A stretch of DNA of 64,000 nucleotides from an uncultured Solirubrobacterales bacterium (GCA_963702055.1 OY969702.1:1912301-1976300); one strand, 5' to 3'; positions 1 through 11,063 are shown, counted from the first letter of the stretch. Translations and numbers: made by a program. Notes: generated by a model not told the origin, from the letters alone.

Positions 1-665
1 GCGAGAACGAGGTTTGACCGATCGACCGACTTGACCGCAAAGTAGAAAGCATTGATCAGCCGCCGGTATAGATATGGCGAAATCGGCCTTCCGTCCTCTC
101 CGTATTGGGGATTCAGGTAAAGGCTGAGGTTGGGTTCATTCAGGCCCTGCCAGTACCGCACCCTCGGCAAACCCTGAAAAGAGCCGCTGTAGCGGCGCGC
201 CGCCGCGGTCGCGAAGGCGGCAAGCGCCGCTGGGTCTGGGTCGCACAGACGACCAGCCACCGCCCGCGGTGCCTGGCACCGCTGCACCCAGGGTGGCGCC
301 CCTTCGATCGAGAGCACCGGCGTCAGGCCCGCCGCGACCGCCCCGGTGACGGCAAGGTCGATCTGGTCCCAGTCGTAGTTGGGGTCGGCCGGGTCCTCCG
401 GGTGCCAGCCGCCCGGCTCGATCTGAGGTGCAACGCTCGGCCAGCTGGCCTGAATGCGCACGAACTTTGCCCCCGCGGCTCTGACATGAGATGGAGTGAC
501 CGGGTCTTCAAAGTTGAAGTAGGCATCAGTGACGCCAGTGAACAGGGGGCGAGGGCCACTCGATGCCGCCTGTGCCGTAAGGGTGCCTCCGCAGCAGTCG
601 GCCACCAGCACGATGCCCGTCGAGAAAACCACCGCCGCCCACCGTTGAATCGCGCCGATCTTCAT
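1..665 (-). CDS. Secreted glycoside hydrolase, clan GH-A TIM-barrel type (GH5/GH39-like), N-terminal part; 3' end outside window
   Basis: Absent from the ORF track because there is no stop in the window. Reverse-strand translation from ATG 665-663 gives MKIGAIQRWAAVVFSTGIVLVADCCGG... (signal-like) ... RVRYWQGLNEPNLSLY, which contains the NEP acid/base motif of clan GH-A. The frame is open to position 1. Confidence 0.55.
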   Translation of the reverse strand, partial: MKIGAIQRWAAVVFSTGIVLVADCCGGTLTAQAASSGPRPLFTGVTDAYFNFEDPVTPSHVRAAGAKFVRIQASWPSVAPQIEPGGWHPEDPADPNYDWDQIDLAVTGAVAAGLTPVLSIEGAPPWVQRCQAPRAVAGRLCDPDPAALAAFATAAARRYSGSFQGLPRVRYWQGLNEPNLSLYLNPQYGEDGRPISPYLYRRLINAFYFAVKSVDRSNLVL

Positions 666-681
666 CCGTCTGTCCAGCCGC

Positions 682-1215
682 CTAGGCGGCTGGACTTCTC
701 CGGCGCCACACGTAAACCATCGAGCCGAAAATAGCTACAGCAATGATCAGTGGGGGCAGAATCCCGGTCTGGGTCGTCGAGGAAACTCCCGTTGCCTGCC
801 GGATCACTTCGAGCAGTCCCGACGAACCCTTCAACTCCGCGCGCGAGGCCGGTGGACGCCCTTCGCTACCGTGGTGATCTCGCGCTTTGGTCCCGGGATG
901 AGATCTAGATGTTGTCGTCGGGGGCGCTGACGTTTCGGCGGCCAGCGTGGCCGTAGCTTGGCCTTCCGAGCCCATGGCCTCGAGTCGTCGAGCGTTCTTG
1001 CCGCCGAGGATCTGTGTCGGATGCGCCGGCTTGCCCTTGTCGCCAATAGTTGTGCCGCCGATTGCCTCCGGATAGGTCTCCGTGTACTGGCTGACTGAGG
1101 AGTTGTCGGGAGGCACGACTTGCTGCGTTGCCGCAGCCGAGGCCACAGCAGCGAGGCTCGCGATAGTCGCTAAACACAGCAAGTTGCCGACCAGCGCCAG
1201 CTTTAGCGTATTCAT
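682..1215 (-). CDS. Secreted low-complexity protein with C-terminal TM helix plus RRR tail (sorting-signal-like)
   Basis: Internal ATG (M30 of ORF 682..1302) gives MNTLKLALVGNLLCLATIASLAAVASA, a signal peptide. The C-terminus is GILPPLIIAVAIFGSMVYVWRRRSPAA. Confidence 0.5.
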   Translation of the reverse strand: MNTLKLALVGNLLCLATIASLAAVASAAATQQVVPPDNSSVSQYTETYPEAIGGTTIGDKGKPAHPTQILGGKNARRLEAMGSEGQATATLAAETSAPPTTTSRSHPGTKARDHHGSEGRPPASRAELKGSSGLLEVIRQATGVSSTTQTGILPPLIIAVAIFGSMVYVWRRRSPAA

Positions 1216-1232
1216 CTCGTTATAGATAACGG

Positions 1233-3176
1233 ATGGAGACCTCGAAACTATCGGTTGATGGACTGCCCCACGTCGACTGGGAGGCCATTTGGGCCTGGGC
1301 ACTCGGGTTTGTTCTCGTCGTCTACCTTGGCCTGAAGGGCGGCGGATTCGATCCGCTCGTGCATGACGAGGTCGGAATCGTCGTCTGGTGGGTCATCCTC
1401 GCGACCGTCCTGGTCGGCACATTGCCCCGCAGCCGCCCCGGCCTTCTGGCCTGGTGCAGCCCCGGCCTTCTGGCCGCCTTCGTCCTCTGGACGGGCCTCA
1501 GTCTCAGCTGGACCGAAAGCGCCGAAAAAACATCGGCCGACCTGGCACGCGTCTCCATGTATCTGGGTGTCTTCGTCCTGGCTCTCTTCGCCCGGGGGCC
1601 GCGGAGGGCCCGGTACATAGTCGCGGGCGTGGGGGCGGGGGTCGCCGTCGTCGCCGTCATCGCCCTCCTCTCTCGCCTCCATCCCGCTTGGTTTCCGGAA
1701 GCGAATCAAGCCGCGACCTTTCTCTCTAGTGCTCGTGAACGGCTCTCCTACCCCCTCGACTACTGGAACGGCCTCGCGGCGCTCATTGCGATCGGTATTC
1801 CGGCAGTTCTCCAGATTGCGGTTTGCGCGGAGTCGATTGTGGCTCGCGCCCTCGCTGCCGCAGCGATGCCCGCGATGGCGCTGACGCTCTTCTTCACGCT
1901 CTCGCGTGGTGGCATGGCCGCCAGCGTGCTCGCACTCGCAATCTTCTTGGGGCTCTCTTCGGACAGGATTCCCAAGCTGGCCACCCTGGCCGTGGCCGGC
2001 GCTGGCAGTGCAGTCCTCATCGCCATCGCCGCCACACATGCCTCACTCCGGCACATCCTCGTCAATCCGCCCGCACTGCACCAGGGAAACGTACTGCTCG
2101 TGATTACGCTCGTCGTCTGCGCAGCGGTCGGCTTGACACAGGCGGGCTTCACCAGCCTCCAGCGCACCCGCATGCGGCCACGCTGGATGATCGTCCCTCG
2201 CAGACGCGCACTGATCGCAGTCATCGCGAGTGTGGCCCTGATTCTTGTCGCGGCGATTGCAATCAATGCCCCAGGGCGAATCTCGCACGCCTGGACCCGC
2301 TTCAAACATCCCGACAACTACTCTGTTCGAGGAGTGGACCGGTTGGGCAGCGCGAGTGGCGAGGACCGATACCAGCACTGGAGTTCTGCCATTAGAGAGA
2401 ACCAGACCAAGCCGCTGACCGGCACGGGTTCGGGCACCTTTCAATTCTGGTGGACGCGTGACGCCGACATTCCCGTTGCCGTGCGCGACACCCACTCCCT
2501 CTACCTGCAGACCCTTGGTGAACTGGGGATCGTCGGGCTGCTTTTCCTTGGAACCTTCCTACTGACGGTACTGATCGGCGGCGTGTTCTCAACCGTCCGA
2601 GCTGAGTTTCAGGAGCGCCCCCAACTCGCCGCGGCCGTCGCAGGGTGCTTCGCGTTCTGTGGCACGGCGACGTTCGACTGGATGTGGCAGATCCCGGTAT
2701 TGCCCGTCGCCTTCCTGCTGCTGGCCTCAGTGTTGATGCCAACGGCTGCCCATCCGAGACGCGAAGGATCGGCGATCTTGCCTCTGTTGCCAAGGCTCGG
2801 CTTCGCAGTCGTTGCGCTCGTCGTCATCGCCGCGATCTCAATTCCTCTCGCGTCAACGTCGCTGGTCCGTGAGAGTCAGATGGAGGCAGCGGCCGGCCAT
2901 CTACCGGCAGCGCTCGAAAAGGCCCGAGACGCACAGGACGCACAGCCGGACGCGGCAACCCCACGCCTACAGCAAGCTCTCATCCTGGAAGACGAGGGTG
3001 CCCTAGCGCTTGCTGCCTCCGCGGCGCTTGCCGCCACGGAGCGAGAATCCACCAACTGGCGAACGTGGATGGTGCTGTCCCGGATCGAAGCTAAGAGGGG
3101 CCATGCTATTTCAGCGCTTCACGCTTATCGTAAGGCCAGATCGTTGAACCCGCGATCCGCGCTATTTCGGGAGTGA
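1233..3176 (+). CDS. O-antigen ligase/Wzy-family polytopic membrane protein with C-terminal TPR-like region
   Basis: Multi-TM protein with the Wzy_C-type motif RDTHSLYLQTLGELGIVGLLFLG. The C-terminal tail is helical-repeat in character. Confidence 0.8.
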   Translation: METSKLSVDGLPHVDWEAIWAWALGFVLVVYLGLKGGGFDPLVHDEVGIVVWWVILATVLVGTLPRSRPGLLAWCSPGLLAAFVLWTGLSLSWTESAEKTSADLARVSMYLGVFVLALFARGPRRARYIVAGVGAGVAVVAVIALLSRLHPAWFPEANQAATFLSSARERLSYPLDYWNGLAALIAIGIPAVLQIAVCAESIVARALAAAAMPAMALTLFFTLSRGGMAASVLALAIFLGLSSDRIPKLATLAVAGAGSAVLIAIAATHASLRHILVNPPALHQGNVLLVITLVVCAAVGLTQAGFTSLQRTRMRPRWMIVPRRRALIAVIASVALILVAAIAINAPGRISHAWTRFKHPDNYSVRGVDRLGSASGEDRYQHWSSAIRENQTKPLTGTGSGTFQFWWTRDADIPVAVRDTHSLYLQTLGELGIVGLLFLGTFLLTVLIGGVFSTVRAEFQERPQLAAAVAGCFAFCGTATFDWMWQIPVLPVAFLLLASVLMPTAAHPRREGSAILPLLPRLGFAVVALVVIAAISIPLASTSLVRESQMEAAAGHLPAALEKARDAQDAQPDAATPRLQQALILEDEGALALAASAALAATERESTNWRTWMVLSRIEAKRGHAISALHAYRKARSLNPRSALFRE

Positions 3177-3251
3177 GGCAGTTGGCGGCCTTCGGCCTTT
3201 CCGCTGACTTTCGAAGCCCTTCCGCCTTCCACCGTTCTATTGTGTCTGACC

Positions 3252-4760
3252 ATGCCTGACGCTGCGCCGAAAGACGACCTCGCTACGAGGTCCAAAGAGG
3301 GACCATTGCGATCAGTTCAGATCCTGCGCCGGCGCAAGTTGGTCTTCCTATCGGCGCTGATCATCGTTCCGCTCGTCGCCCTCGGCGTCTCGCTGTCTGA
3401 GGCGAATCAATACACAGCGACCGCCACGCTCCTGTTCCAGGGCAGCAGCGATAGTGCCGACGCAGCGGCGCGCGAGGCCGCCACGAACAGCGAACTCGCC
3501 GGGCTGCCGGCGATTGCTGAGCAAACCGCAAATGAGATGGGCAGCCACGTAACCGGTCGCCAGGTTCTGCAAAGCATCAGCGTCGATGCCGGCAACACCA
3601 TTGCCGATGTCGGGAAGATCTCCGCAACAACGCCCTCTCCAAGGCTGTCGGCACGGATGGCTAACGCTTACAGCCGAACATTCATCAAGTTCAAGCGTCG
3701 CGCCGACCAATCGCAAGTTCAACAAGCAATCGACCTCGTCAAGCGCAGCCTGGCGGCGCTCTCGCCGGCCGAACTCACCGGGCAGCGAGGGCAAGATCTT
3801 CAGGCCAGCCTCGCCAAACTCAAAGTTCAGCAGGCAGAGCAGACCGGCAAGGCCGTGCTGGTGGAACCCGCTCGGCAGCCATCAGCCCCGTCGTCCCCGA
3901 AGACGCGCCGCAACGTCGTGCTCGGAATCCTTCTCGGGGCGTTGCTCGGATTCGGCTTCGCTGCGTTGTTTGAGCGCAACGATCGCCGTGTGCGCACGGT
4001 CGAGGAATTGGAGGAACTCTTCGAGAGTCCTGTCCTCACACGCATCCCCCGTAACCGAAAGCTTGGGCAGAGCAACCTCAGTGAGGTATTGCAGGCGCCG
4101 GAGGCGGAAGAGTTCCGGATCCTGAGGATGAATCTGCGCTACTTCAATGTCGACGACCCACTACGGTCGATTCTCGTGGCTGGTCCCGAGGCTGGCGATG
4201 GCAAGTCGACGGTAGCGCGTTGTCTCGCAGCAGCGATGGCAGAAATGGGAGACAACGTCGTTCTGGTGGAGGCTGACCTACGCAAGGGAAGCGACTTTCG
4301 TGATGTCAACGGCCGGATGGCAGCTGGACTATCAACCCTCCTCGTGTCACCACTCGATTTTGAGGTGATCGTCCGGGTTGAAGTTCAGGCCTCAGGCTCA
4401 GACCAGCCGCGCATTCTGAGCATCCTCCCCAGTGGACCCGTACCGCCGAATCCGAGCGAGCTACTTGATAGCCGGCGGATGCAGGCTCTGCTTGCCGAGC
4501 TTCAAGAGCGCTTTGAGGTCGTAGTGATCGACAGCCCGCCACTTGGCATCGTCAGCGACGCCCTGACTCTCGTACCACAGGTATCTGGAGTCCTTGCCGT
4601 AGGAAGGCTGGGGAACACTACGCGGGATGGCGCGCGCAATTTCATAAAACAGCTATCGCTACTAAAAACCCAGCCGCTTGGCTTGGCCGTCAACTTCGCC
4701 GAAGTAGAACATGGTCACTATTCCTACTATCGGCACGCTGGCGCTGTCAGCGGTAGCTAA
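3252..4760 (+). CDS. Polysaccharide co-polymerase / BY-type tyrosine autokinase (Wzc-like)
   Basis: N-terminal Wzz-like TM plus coiled region. Walker A GPEAGDGKST, A' VVLVEADLRKG, B VVVIDSPPLG, and a C-terminal Tyr cluster HGHYSYYRH. ATG at 3252 is preferred over TTG at 3240. Confidence 0.85.
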   Translation: MPDAAPKDDLATRSKEGPLRSVQILRRRKLVFLSALIIVPLVALGVSLSEANQYTATATLLFQGSSDSADAAAREAATNSELAGLPAIAEQTANEMGSHVTGRQVLQSISVDAGNTIADVGKISATTPSPRLSARMANAYSRTFIKFKRRADQSQVQQAIDLVKRSLAALSPAELTGQRGQDLQASLAKLKVQQAEQTGKAVLVEPARQPSAPSSPKTRRNVVLGILLGALLGFGFAALFERNDRRVRTVEELEELFESPVLTRIPRNRKLGQSNLSEVLQAPEAEEFRILRMNLRYFNVDDPLRSILVAGPEAGDGKSTVARCLAAAMAEMGDNVVLVEADLRKGSDFRDVNGRMAAGLSTLLVSPLDFEVIVRVEVQASGSDQPRILSILPSGPVPPNPSELLDSRRMQALLAELQERFEVVVIDSPPLGIVSDALTLVPQVSGVLAVGRLGNTTRDGARNFIKQLSLLKTQPLGLAVNFAEVEHGHYSYYRHAGAVSGS

Positions 4761-4969
4761 CCGAGTCCTGGCTCCGGTCAGACGCCACTTAGTCCTAACC
4801 ACAGTCATATGACAGCGCCAATGACTGAGCTGAGGCGAGAAGGACCAAACGGGGATCCGTTTATGCAAGGGGCCTCCAGTCAGCGAAACTGCGCTGATCG
4901 CCCAGGTCATGGACAAGTTAGTGCGGAGACAGTGGAGGCGTCGTCGCAGATGGGGCCACGGCCAACAAT

Positions 4970-5590
4970 ATGGGGACAATGAGGGACGGATTAAACCGGA
5001 TGATCGTTCGGGCTGGCCTCACTCCGAGAGTCCGCCGATTCCGATCGTTCCTTGATCCCGTCTGGGGCGGAGCATCCATGCTGGTTGGTGAATTAATTGG
5101 GAGATTCCCGAGTCGTTCTCTCCGTACATTGCTCGCTCGGAGAGTCCTAGGGATGCGGATCCATCCGACCGCGCAGCTTTACAGATGGCGTGAGGTGAGA
5201 GATTCGCAGGGCGTCTCGATAGGCGCCAATTCGACAGTTGGCTCTTGGGCCATCCTTGACGGCCGGCGGACCATAGAGATCGGGCGCAACGTCAACCTCT
5301 CAAGCGAGGTCGCGCTCTGGACGCTCCAGCACGACCCGCGCAGTGAGGACTTCACTGCAACCGGCGGACCGATCGTTATTGAGGACTATGCATGGATTAG
5401 TTTTCGCGCGACGATCCTTCCCGGGGTCACGATCGGAAGAGGTGCGGTCGTTGCCGCGGGTGCAGTAGTGGCGAAGGACGTACCACCAAATAAGATAGTT
5501 GGCGGAGTCCCAGCGAAGGTGATCGGTGAGAGACCGCGTAACCTCTCCTATAAACTTGGCTCGGCCGGAGTGTACTTCTGGTTTATCTGA
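4970..5590 (+). CDS. Hexapeptide-repeat (LbH) acyl/acetyltransferase
   Basis: Left-handed beta-helix repeats: [65 protein letters not shown]. Confidence 0.8.
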   Translation: MGTMRDGLNRMIVRAGLTPRVRRFRSFLDPVWGGASMLVGELIGRFPSRSLRTLLARRVLGMRIHPTAQLYRWREVRDSQGVSIGANSTVGSWAILDGRRTIEIGRNVNLSSEVALWTLQHDPRSEDFTATGGPIVIEDYAWISFRATILPGVTIGRGAVVAAGAVVAKDVPPNKIVGGVPAKVIGERPRNLSYKLGSAGVYFWFI

Positions 5591-5744
5591 GCCAGTCGCC
5601 TAGGGGTGAGCTTGCGATGTGCATGAGGTGACCTACACTCGACTGTCTTTTGCCTGGCATGTGATTCCTCAAACCCAAGAGAGCACTAGATAACGGGCTA
5701 CACCATGGATGCACGGGCTGGTAAATCACCCTGACCGGACCCCG

Positions 5745-6155
5745 TCAGTGGCGTTGCGTGGAGCGGTTCTGGCTGGCGATCCGGCACGCCCGACGCTCGG
5801 AGAGGCCGAGGCGGTCTATCAGCATGCAGACCGCCCGACGCCTCCGGGACGGGCTCAGAAGTTTCCCTTGGCGATCTCCTTGTAGGCGCGGATGTCGAGT
5901 GTCTGGTCGGCCACGATCTGCTTGAGCTCGCGGTTCTCCTTCTCGAGCTCCTTCAGCCGCTTGGCATCGGCGGCCTTCATGCCGCCGTACTGGTTGCGCC
6001 AGCGATGCAGGGTCTGCTCGGAGACCCCAGCGCTTCGCTGCCTCGCCGACCGTCTTTCCCTCCGAGAGCATCTGCTCTGCGGTGTGCAGCTTGCGGATGA
6101 TCTGCTCGGGGGTGTGCCTCTGCCTCTTCACCTGCTTGCGTCCTCCTATGCTCAT
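5745..6155 (-). pseudogene. IS3-family transposase remnant: frameshifted orfA plus the first ~35 codons of orfB
   Basis: MSIGGRKQVKRQRHTPEQIIRKLHTAEQMLSEGKTVGEAAKRWG, then a frameshift. The -1 frame continues VSEQTLHRWRNQYGGMKAADAKRLKELEKENRELKQIVADQTLDIRAYKEIAKGNF. An orfB-like LGLSERRACRIASQNRSTQRH ends abruptly. A possible IR-like end TGGCCTGTCCCCC lies near 6214. Confidence 0.75.
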
Positions 6156-6284
6156 TGTCGCGGGCGGGAAGGACTCTCAAACGGGGCGGACCGATTTCAG
6201 GGGGACAGGCCAACTCCATATCTTCGCTGTCTGTCGCGGTTGCATCGCTGGCACGGCAGCCCTTCGGTCTAACCTCAAGGTCGC

Positions 6285-7790
6285 TTACGCGGCCGGCAAC
6301 TTAACTAACGTGCGGCGGCGCCAGGGGGGAAATTCGAGCTTCTCAGGCAGGAAGCCACGGCGCGTTGCGATGAGCCAGTAGGGCAGCCCGTAAATCGTGA
6401 CCGACAGGGCGAGCCAAAACACCGCGGACAGCCGTCCGTCAGGTGTACCGACGAGAATGGTGAGCAGCGCTGGCGGAAGCGCTAGCCCAATCGCGAGCGC
6501 CCCAGTTGGCAGCGTGCCAGCTAATAAGTCTCGCGCCGAGAGCCTGAACCGTCTAAGAAATAATACGTTGAACACCACGCTGCCGAGTGTGACGGCCAGA
6601 ACGGTTCCTGTGGCAACCCCCCACAGCCCAAGTAAAAGGGCAAGCGGGATGGTGAACACGACGTTCAACGCGGCGATCAGCACCTGCTCACCCGACGCTA
6701 GACCGGGAGAGCCTGCGGCTACCGCAATCTGGGTACCGACTCCGGTATTTACGTTTACGAGGTACGCCAATGACAGAAATGGTATTAAGAGCGCGGCGTC
6801 ACCCGGCGCTGTCCCAAGCCATGCGGCTAGGAGAAACGGCGCGCTCACGGAGGTGATCGTGAGGAGCGGAAATGCAAGGGCGCACGTGCGAAGGGTATAG
6901 CGACGGAAGATCTCGCCGATTACCTCATGACCCTCCTCGACAATCCTGGCGGTCGCGGTTGGGATCATTGCAGAAACAGCTAGCAAAGCTGCACTCCGCA
7001 CGGCGATCACAACCCTCGAGGCGATTTCGAAGATAGCCGCCGCCCGCACGTCAATCATGAAAGCAATGATCACCTTGTCTGTCTCCAGGTTAACCAGATA
7101 TGCGACCGCCCCGATTTGGAGCTTTAGACCGAAGGGCAGGACCTCTTTTACTAGGCCGCGCGAGGGAACCGCAAAGTAAGGAGCAGGCCAAAGGTAACGC
7201 ATGGCGAAAAAGGTTGGGCCGATCGCGATCAGCCAGGCAATCGCGTTCGCGACCGCGAATACGGTGAGGTTGGAACTTGTGACGAGCGCCGCCACGCTGA
7301 GGGCGAAACTGAGACCCGCCGCTATCGTCATTGCCACGTTCGCTGGCACCATGCGGCGCTTGCCGTCGCCAACTGCGTTAAGCACTCCAATGAATCCGTT
7401 GGATGTGAAGATCGCGACGGAAGCGAGCAAGACGATCCGCATGTCACCCGTTCCAAGCACCCCGAGCTTTTCGCTCACGAGCGGCGCGATGGCGGCCGCA
7501 GCGGAAGCCGCGAGTAAACCTACCAATGCAATTGCAATTAAGCCCAAACCGACACACTCGCGAATCCGTTGATAGTTGCCGCTCGTGTCGTAAATAGCAA
7601 TGAAGCGGGAGAGAGAGCGGCCGATGCCAAGGTCGAGAAGGCCAGCGTAAGTCGCAAACGCGCCGGTGACTGCCCAGACGCCAAACGCATCGAGTCCCAG
7701 ACGCGCGATCATGAACGGCGCCAGGATGAAGTTAAAGACGTAACCAGCCAGAACACTGGCGGACTGCGCCAAGGTATTGCGAAATAGCAT
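6285..7790 (-). CDS. wzx: Polysaccharide flippase, MOP/Wzx family
   Basis: About 12-14 TM segments. The N-terminus MLFRNTLAQSASVLAGYVFNFILAPFMIARLGLDAFGVWAV is typical of Wzx/PST flippases. Confidence 0.85.
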   Translation of the reverse strand: MLFRNTLAQSASVLAGYVFNFILAPFMIARLGLDAFGVWAVTGAFATYAGLLDLGIGRSLSRFIAIYDTSGNYQRIRECVGLGLIAIALVGLLAASAAAAIAPLVSEKLGVLGTGDMRIVLLASVAIFTSNGFIGVLNAVGDGKRRMVPANVAMTIAAGLSFALSVAALVTSSNLTVFAVANAIAWLIAIGPTFFAMRYLWPAPYFAVPSRGLVKEVLPFGLKLQIGAVAYLVNLETDKVIIAFMIDVRAAAIFEIASRVVIAVRSAALLAVSAMIPTATARIVEEGHEVIGEIFRRYTLRTCALAFPLLTITSVSAPFLLAAWLGTAPGDAALLIPFLSLAYLVNVNTGVGTQIAVAAGSPGLASGEQVLIAALNVVFTIPLALLLGLWGVATGTVLAVTLGSVVFNVLFLRRFRLSARDLLAGTLPTGALAIGLALPPALLTILVGTPDGRLSAVFWLALSVTIYGLPYWLIATRRGFLPEKLEFPPWRRRTLVKLPAA

Positions 7791-8235
7791 TACGAGCCAC
7801 CTGACAAGTTATTGCTCTCCCCGTTGACAGGCAGAGATGATCCCGTAGCACCCCATACGCCGATCGCCGGATTTGCCGCTTGCTCCTTTGCCGCAACCCA
7901 GCGAGCCATCGAATACCCAACGACGCATACTAGGTTTCGTCGCCGAGGCGCCAAAGACCTCTTGTCCGTAGATCTCGATCGAGGAGGGCATGATGTCTGG
8001 CTGACGGTAGCGAACCCAAACTCGCCACAGTCCCCTCGAACGAGTGGCTAGTAGGTAATTCTGAGCATAGAGGAGCGATGAGCGACCGAACTCGCGGCTC
8101 AATCGGCAGACCCTCAAGGCGCTCTCTAGACGTTAGAACGCCCTGAAGCAACAAGCCTCGTTCCTCCGTCTCGGCTGGGATGTATTGTCCAGGCATGCTT
8201 TGCGGCGCCGCCGACACGCCAAAGGGCTGAATCCA

Positions 8236-9705
8236 ATGGCTGGTTTCGCGCAGTCAAAGGGGGGGCGATTCATCCTCGTCGCCCTAGCCGGCACTGTCAT
8301 CGGAGTCGCGGTGGCGTTGGGGTTCGCTATCCCAGCTATGGCCGTTGCGTTGGTGATCGCATTCCTCGCCACGACCAGTCCCCTCGTTCATCCGGAGCGC
8401 GCCTTCATCGTGCTTGTCCTCCTGCTGGCACTCGTACCGGTTTACGCTTCACCTCAGATCGGCCATATCCTGCTCATGCCGGCGGCTGGAGCGGCCTGGA
8501 TTCTGGCCGGCGTCCTTATGTGGAGATGCCTGGTGCTGGACGGGTACTGGTTTCGGGCCACTGCGGTTGACGTTGCAGTCGGCGTATTTGCTCTGTTTAT
8601 GGCCGTATCGGCCACCTTGTCCCCGCAAGAAAATGTGTCCAGCTATCTAGAACTGGTGTTTTCCTGGGGAGGCATTTACGTGGCAGCGCGCCTATTGCTC
8701 CGAGAGACACATCGACCCACCTTCCTAGTGGCTACATCCTTTGCCCTTGTCACGGCCCTCTTGGCGCCGGTCGCGATTCTTGAGACAGCCGGGAGATCCA
8801 ATCCATTTTTCGCTTTCCAATTTGACCCCGTGCAATCTGCCGCATGGGCTAAAGAGGCGGGTCGCCTCGGACAAATGCGCGCAGAGGCTTCATTCGGACA
8901 CCCAATTGCGCTATCCATGTTCGCTGCGACCTCAGCGTTACTTTCCCTTGCGATGGCTATTAACACTGCTCAGCCGCGCAGCCGCCTCGTCTGGTTCGGA
9001 CTGGCGATCTTGGCGGTGGGTGTCCAGACGTTAACTCTCTCACGTACAGGATGGGTCATGCTAACGCTCGGCGTTGTGGTGCTCAGCTTGACTACCGCAA
9101 GCGGCGCCGCGCGCCGGCGCCTCATTGCGACTATTTTAGTTGCCCTCACAGTGGTGACTGCGACTTTGTTTGTGTCTACATCGTCCAGCCAACTGCAGTT
9201 GCTCTCTGGCTCCGGCATCGGTGCCGGAGCCGACATGACAGCTGGCAGTGCAGAGGTCGCGAATAGCGGGGCTGGTAGGACCGCGCTGCTGAATCGTGCC
9301 CTTCAACCAGGAGTCTTACAGGCATGGGGTAGCCCGGTCAACAGGATCACACCTGCAGTCAGCAATCCCACCGACTCCACTGACAATGAATATGTTTTGT
9401 TGGCTGAGGAATGGGGGCTGATTCCATTGGCCGCCTTCGTGCTGGTGGGGTTGACACTCATGCCACTAATCCTACGATCCCGATTCAGAGAATCCGAGCC
9501 GGTGGTAGCCCTGCCAATAGCCGCCTTCGCCTCTCTCGTCGGCCTGTTTTTCGTTGCCTTCATCACTCAGCAACAGCTGATGATCTGGCTGCTATTGGGC
9601 GCGTCGGGAGCGATTGCAGAGAGAGTGCGCAGTGTATCGAGGGTCCGACGACCACCCCATGGACCACGCCGACCTCGAACAGCGTTGTCGTCATCCGAGT
9701 CATAG
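8236..9705 (+). CDS. Second O-antigen polymerase/ligase-like (Wzy-family) membrane protein
   Basis: Polytopic membrane protein with LTLSRTGWVMLTLGVVV and a large periplasmic-type loop. ATG 8236 is preferred over TTG 8185. Confidence 0.75.
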   Translation: MAGFAQSKGGRFILVALAGTVIGVAVALGFAIPAMAVALVIAFLATTSPLVHPERAFIVLVLLLALVPVYASPQIGHILLMPAAGAAWILAGVLMWRCLVLDGYWFRATAVDVAVGVFALFMAVSATLSPQENVSSYLELVFSWGGIYVAARLLLRETHRPTFLVATSFALVTALLAPVAILETAGRSNPFFAFQFDPVQSAAWAKEAGRLGQMRAEASFGHPIALSMFAATSALLSLAMAINTAQPRSRLVWFGLAILAVGVQTLTLSRTGWVMLTLGVVVLSLTTASGAARRRLIATILVALTVVTATLFVSTSSSQLQLLSGSGIGAGADMTAGSAEVANSGAGRTALLNRALQPGVLQAWGSPVNRITPAVSNPTDSTDNEYVLLAEEWGLIPLAAFVLVGLTLMPLILRSRFRESEPVVALPIAAFASLVGLFFVAFITQQQLMIWLLLGASGAIAERVRSVSRVRRPPHGPRRPRTALSSSES

Positions 9706-9950
9706 GTCAACCGCCCTCCCACCTCCACCAGATCGCTTGACGGGCCATGAGGGCTCCTCGTCAAGGCTGGACCAGCGATACCCCCGCGGTCCATCTGTCC
9801 AGAACCAACACGAGCAAGTCGAACATACGTCCAGAGGGTCCGAATGCCGCTTAATGGTGCCGCAAACCAGCCGAAGACGCTTGCATGCGAGATTTGGCGA
9901 CAAGCCATTTGGCCTCCGGCCGCAGGACGCTCTGCTCTCGGCTCGCTTGG

Positions 9951-10973
9951 ATGACATTGGCGCTTTCGATGGCGGTGGCGACAGGTGGCGCCGGCACGGT
10001 TACTGCATTTGCGAACGCGACGAACGCCCGGGCTCATACCGGCCGGAAGGCTCGCCTCCGAGGCAGCGCGAAAAGGCAGGGCCAACTCATGGGCGTCTCC
10101 AATGCCCGCAAAGTTTACTCCCGTCCTCAGCCTTCACGGCAACACTCAACACCCGGCGCAATATCGATTCGCCCTACGCCAACACGGTCTCCTTCATCCG
10201 CCCCTTTGCCGACGCCCCCTCCAACAACCAGCCAAAACGATCTCCTTTTCAGCGGAAGCCATTTAGGCGATTTTTCGTTGATACAGGCGGCATCTGGAGC
10301 CGTGACCGAAGTTGGCGATCCCGCTGGCAGCGGCCATTCCGCCCTCAAATTCACCGTCAGCGACAATGATGTCTACCCGATCACCCCGACCGAGAATCCC
10401 CGCGCCCAAGCCGAAAGCCCAGAACTCATTAAAGAAGGAACTGAAGTTTGGACCTCCTTCAAGTTCTTTCTGCCTGCAAGCTTCCCCGATTCCTTTCCGA
10501 AAGCCAAAGTCTGGAATGGATCGTGGGTAGACTTGTACGAGGTATATGGTCCTCCTTTCGATGGAACGGCTCCTGTAGGAATCTCGATTAGGCCATTTAA
10601 AGGAAATGGACTTGGAATCGGGTGGCAGCGTAATAGTACCTACGGTGTAGATAGCCCTTGGGTGATGCCTTTGGTTAAGGAGCGGTGGGTTACCGTTCTG
10701 ACGCATGAGCGCTTCGCCACCGACGGATGGGTGGAAATGTGGATCGACGGCAAACGCGTTACATTCTTTGATCCCTCGGGCTTCGATTACTATAATCCGA
10801 ACAATGTAGCTCCCACGCAACGGCTTGAAATGGCCACAATGGACTCGAGCAACAACGAACGGCCCAACTACGCCAAGATCTCGAACTACCGAGATGTCGG
10901 AATGTTCGACTCCTTAACCGTGTACTTTAGCGGGCTGCAGATTGGTACTACCCGGGCTTCGGTAGACGGCTAA
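9951..10973 (+). CDS. Secreted protein, concanavalin-like polysaccharide-lyase-type domain (tentative)
   Basis: Signal-like MTLALSMAVATGGAG and a Pro/Ser linker. The C-terminal domain (EVWTSFKFFLPASFP..WVDLYEVYGPPFDG..WVEMWIDGKRV) resembles the polysaccharide lyase (PF14099-like) fold. This assignment is from memory only. Confidence 0.45.
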   Translation: MTLALSMAVATGGAGTVTAFANATNARAHTGRKARLRGSAKRQGQLMGVSNARKVYSRPQPSRQHSTPGAISIRPTPTRSPSSAPLPTPPPTTSQNDLLFSGSHLGDFSLIQAASGAVTEVGDPAGSGHSALKFTVSDNDVYPITPTENPRAQAESPELIKEGTEVWTSFKFFLPASFPDSFPKAKVWNGSWVDLYEVYGPPFDGTAPVGISIRPFKGNGLGIGWQRNSTYGVDSPWVMPLVKERWVTVLTHERFATDGWVEMWIDGKRVTFFDPSGFDYYNPNNVAPTQRLEMATMDSSNNERPNYAKISNYRDVGMFDSLTVYFSGLQIGTTRASVDG

Positions 10974-11063
10974 CAATAGGCGTGCTGTGCATGGTGCGGG
11001 ACTTCCTGTAACTTAGTTAAAGATTCGCCTTGTTCGTTGAGGGAGCAGCATGCCATACCCTAC

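Noticed and set aside
105-734. 209-aa plus-strand ORF at the left edge
   Set aside because: The product is Arg/Pro/Gly-rich with no motifs. The opposite strand in the same region translates without stops into a signal-peptide-bearing glycoside hydrolase with an NEP motif, so the plus-strand ORF is a high-GC shadow.
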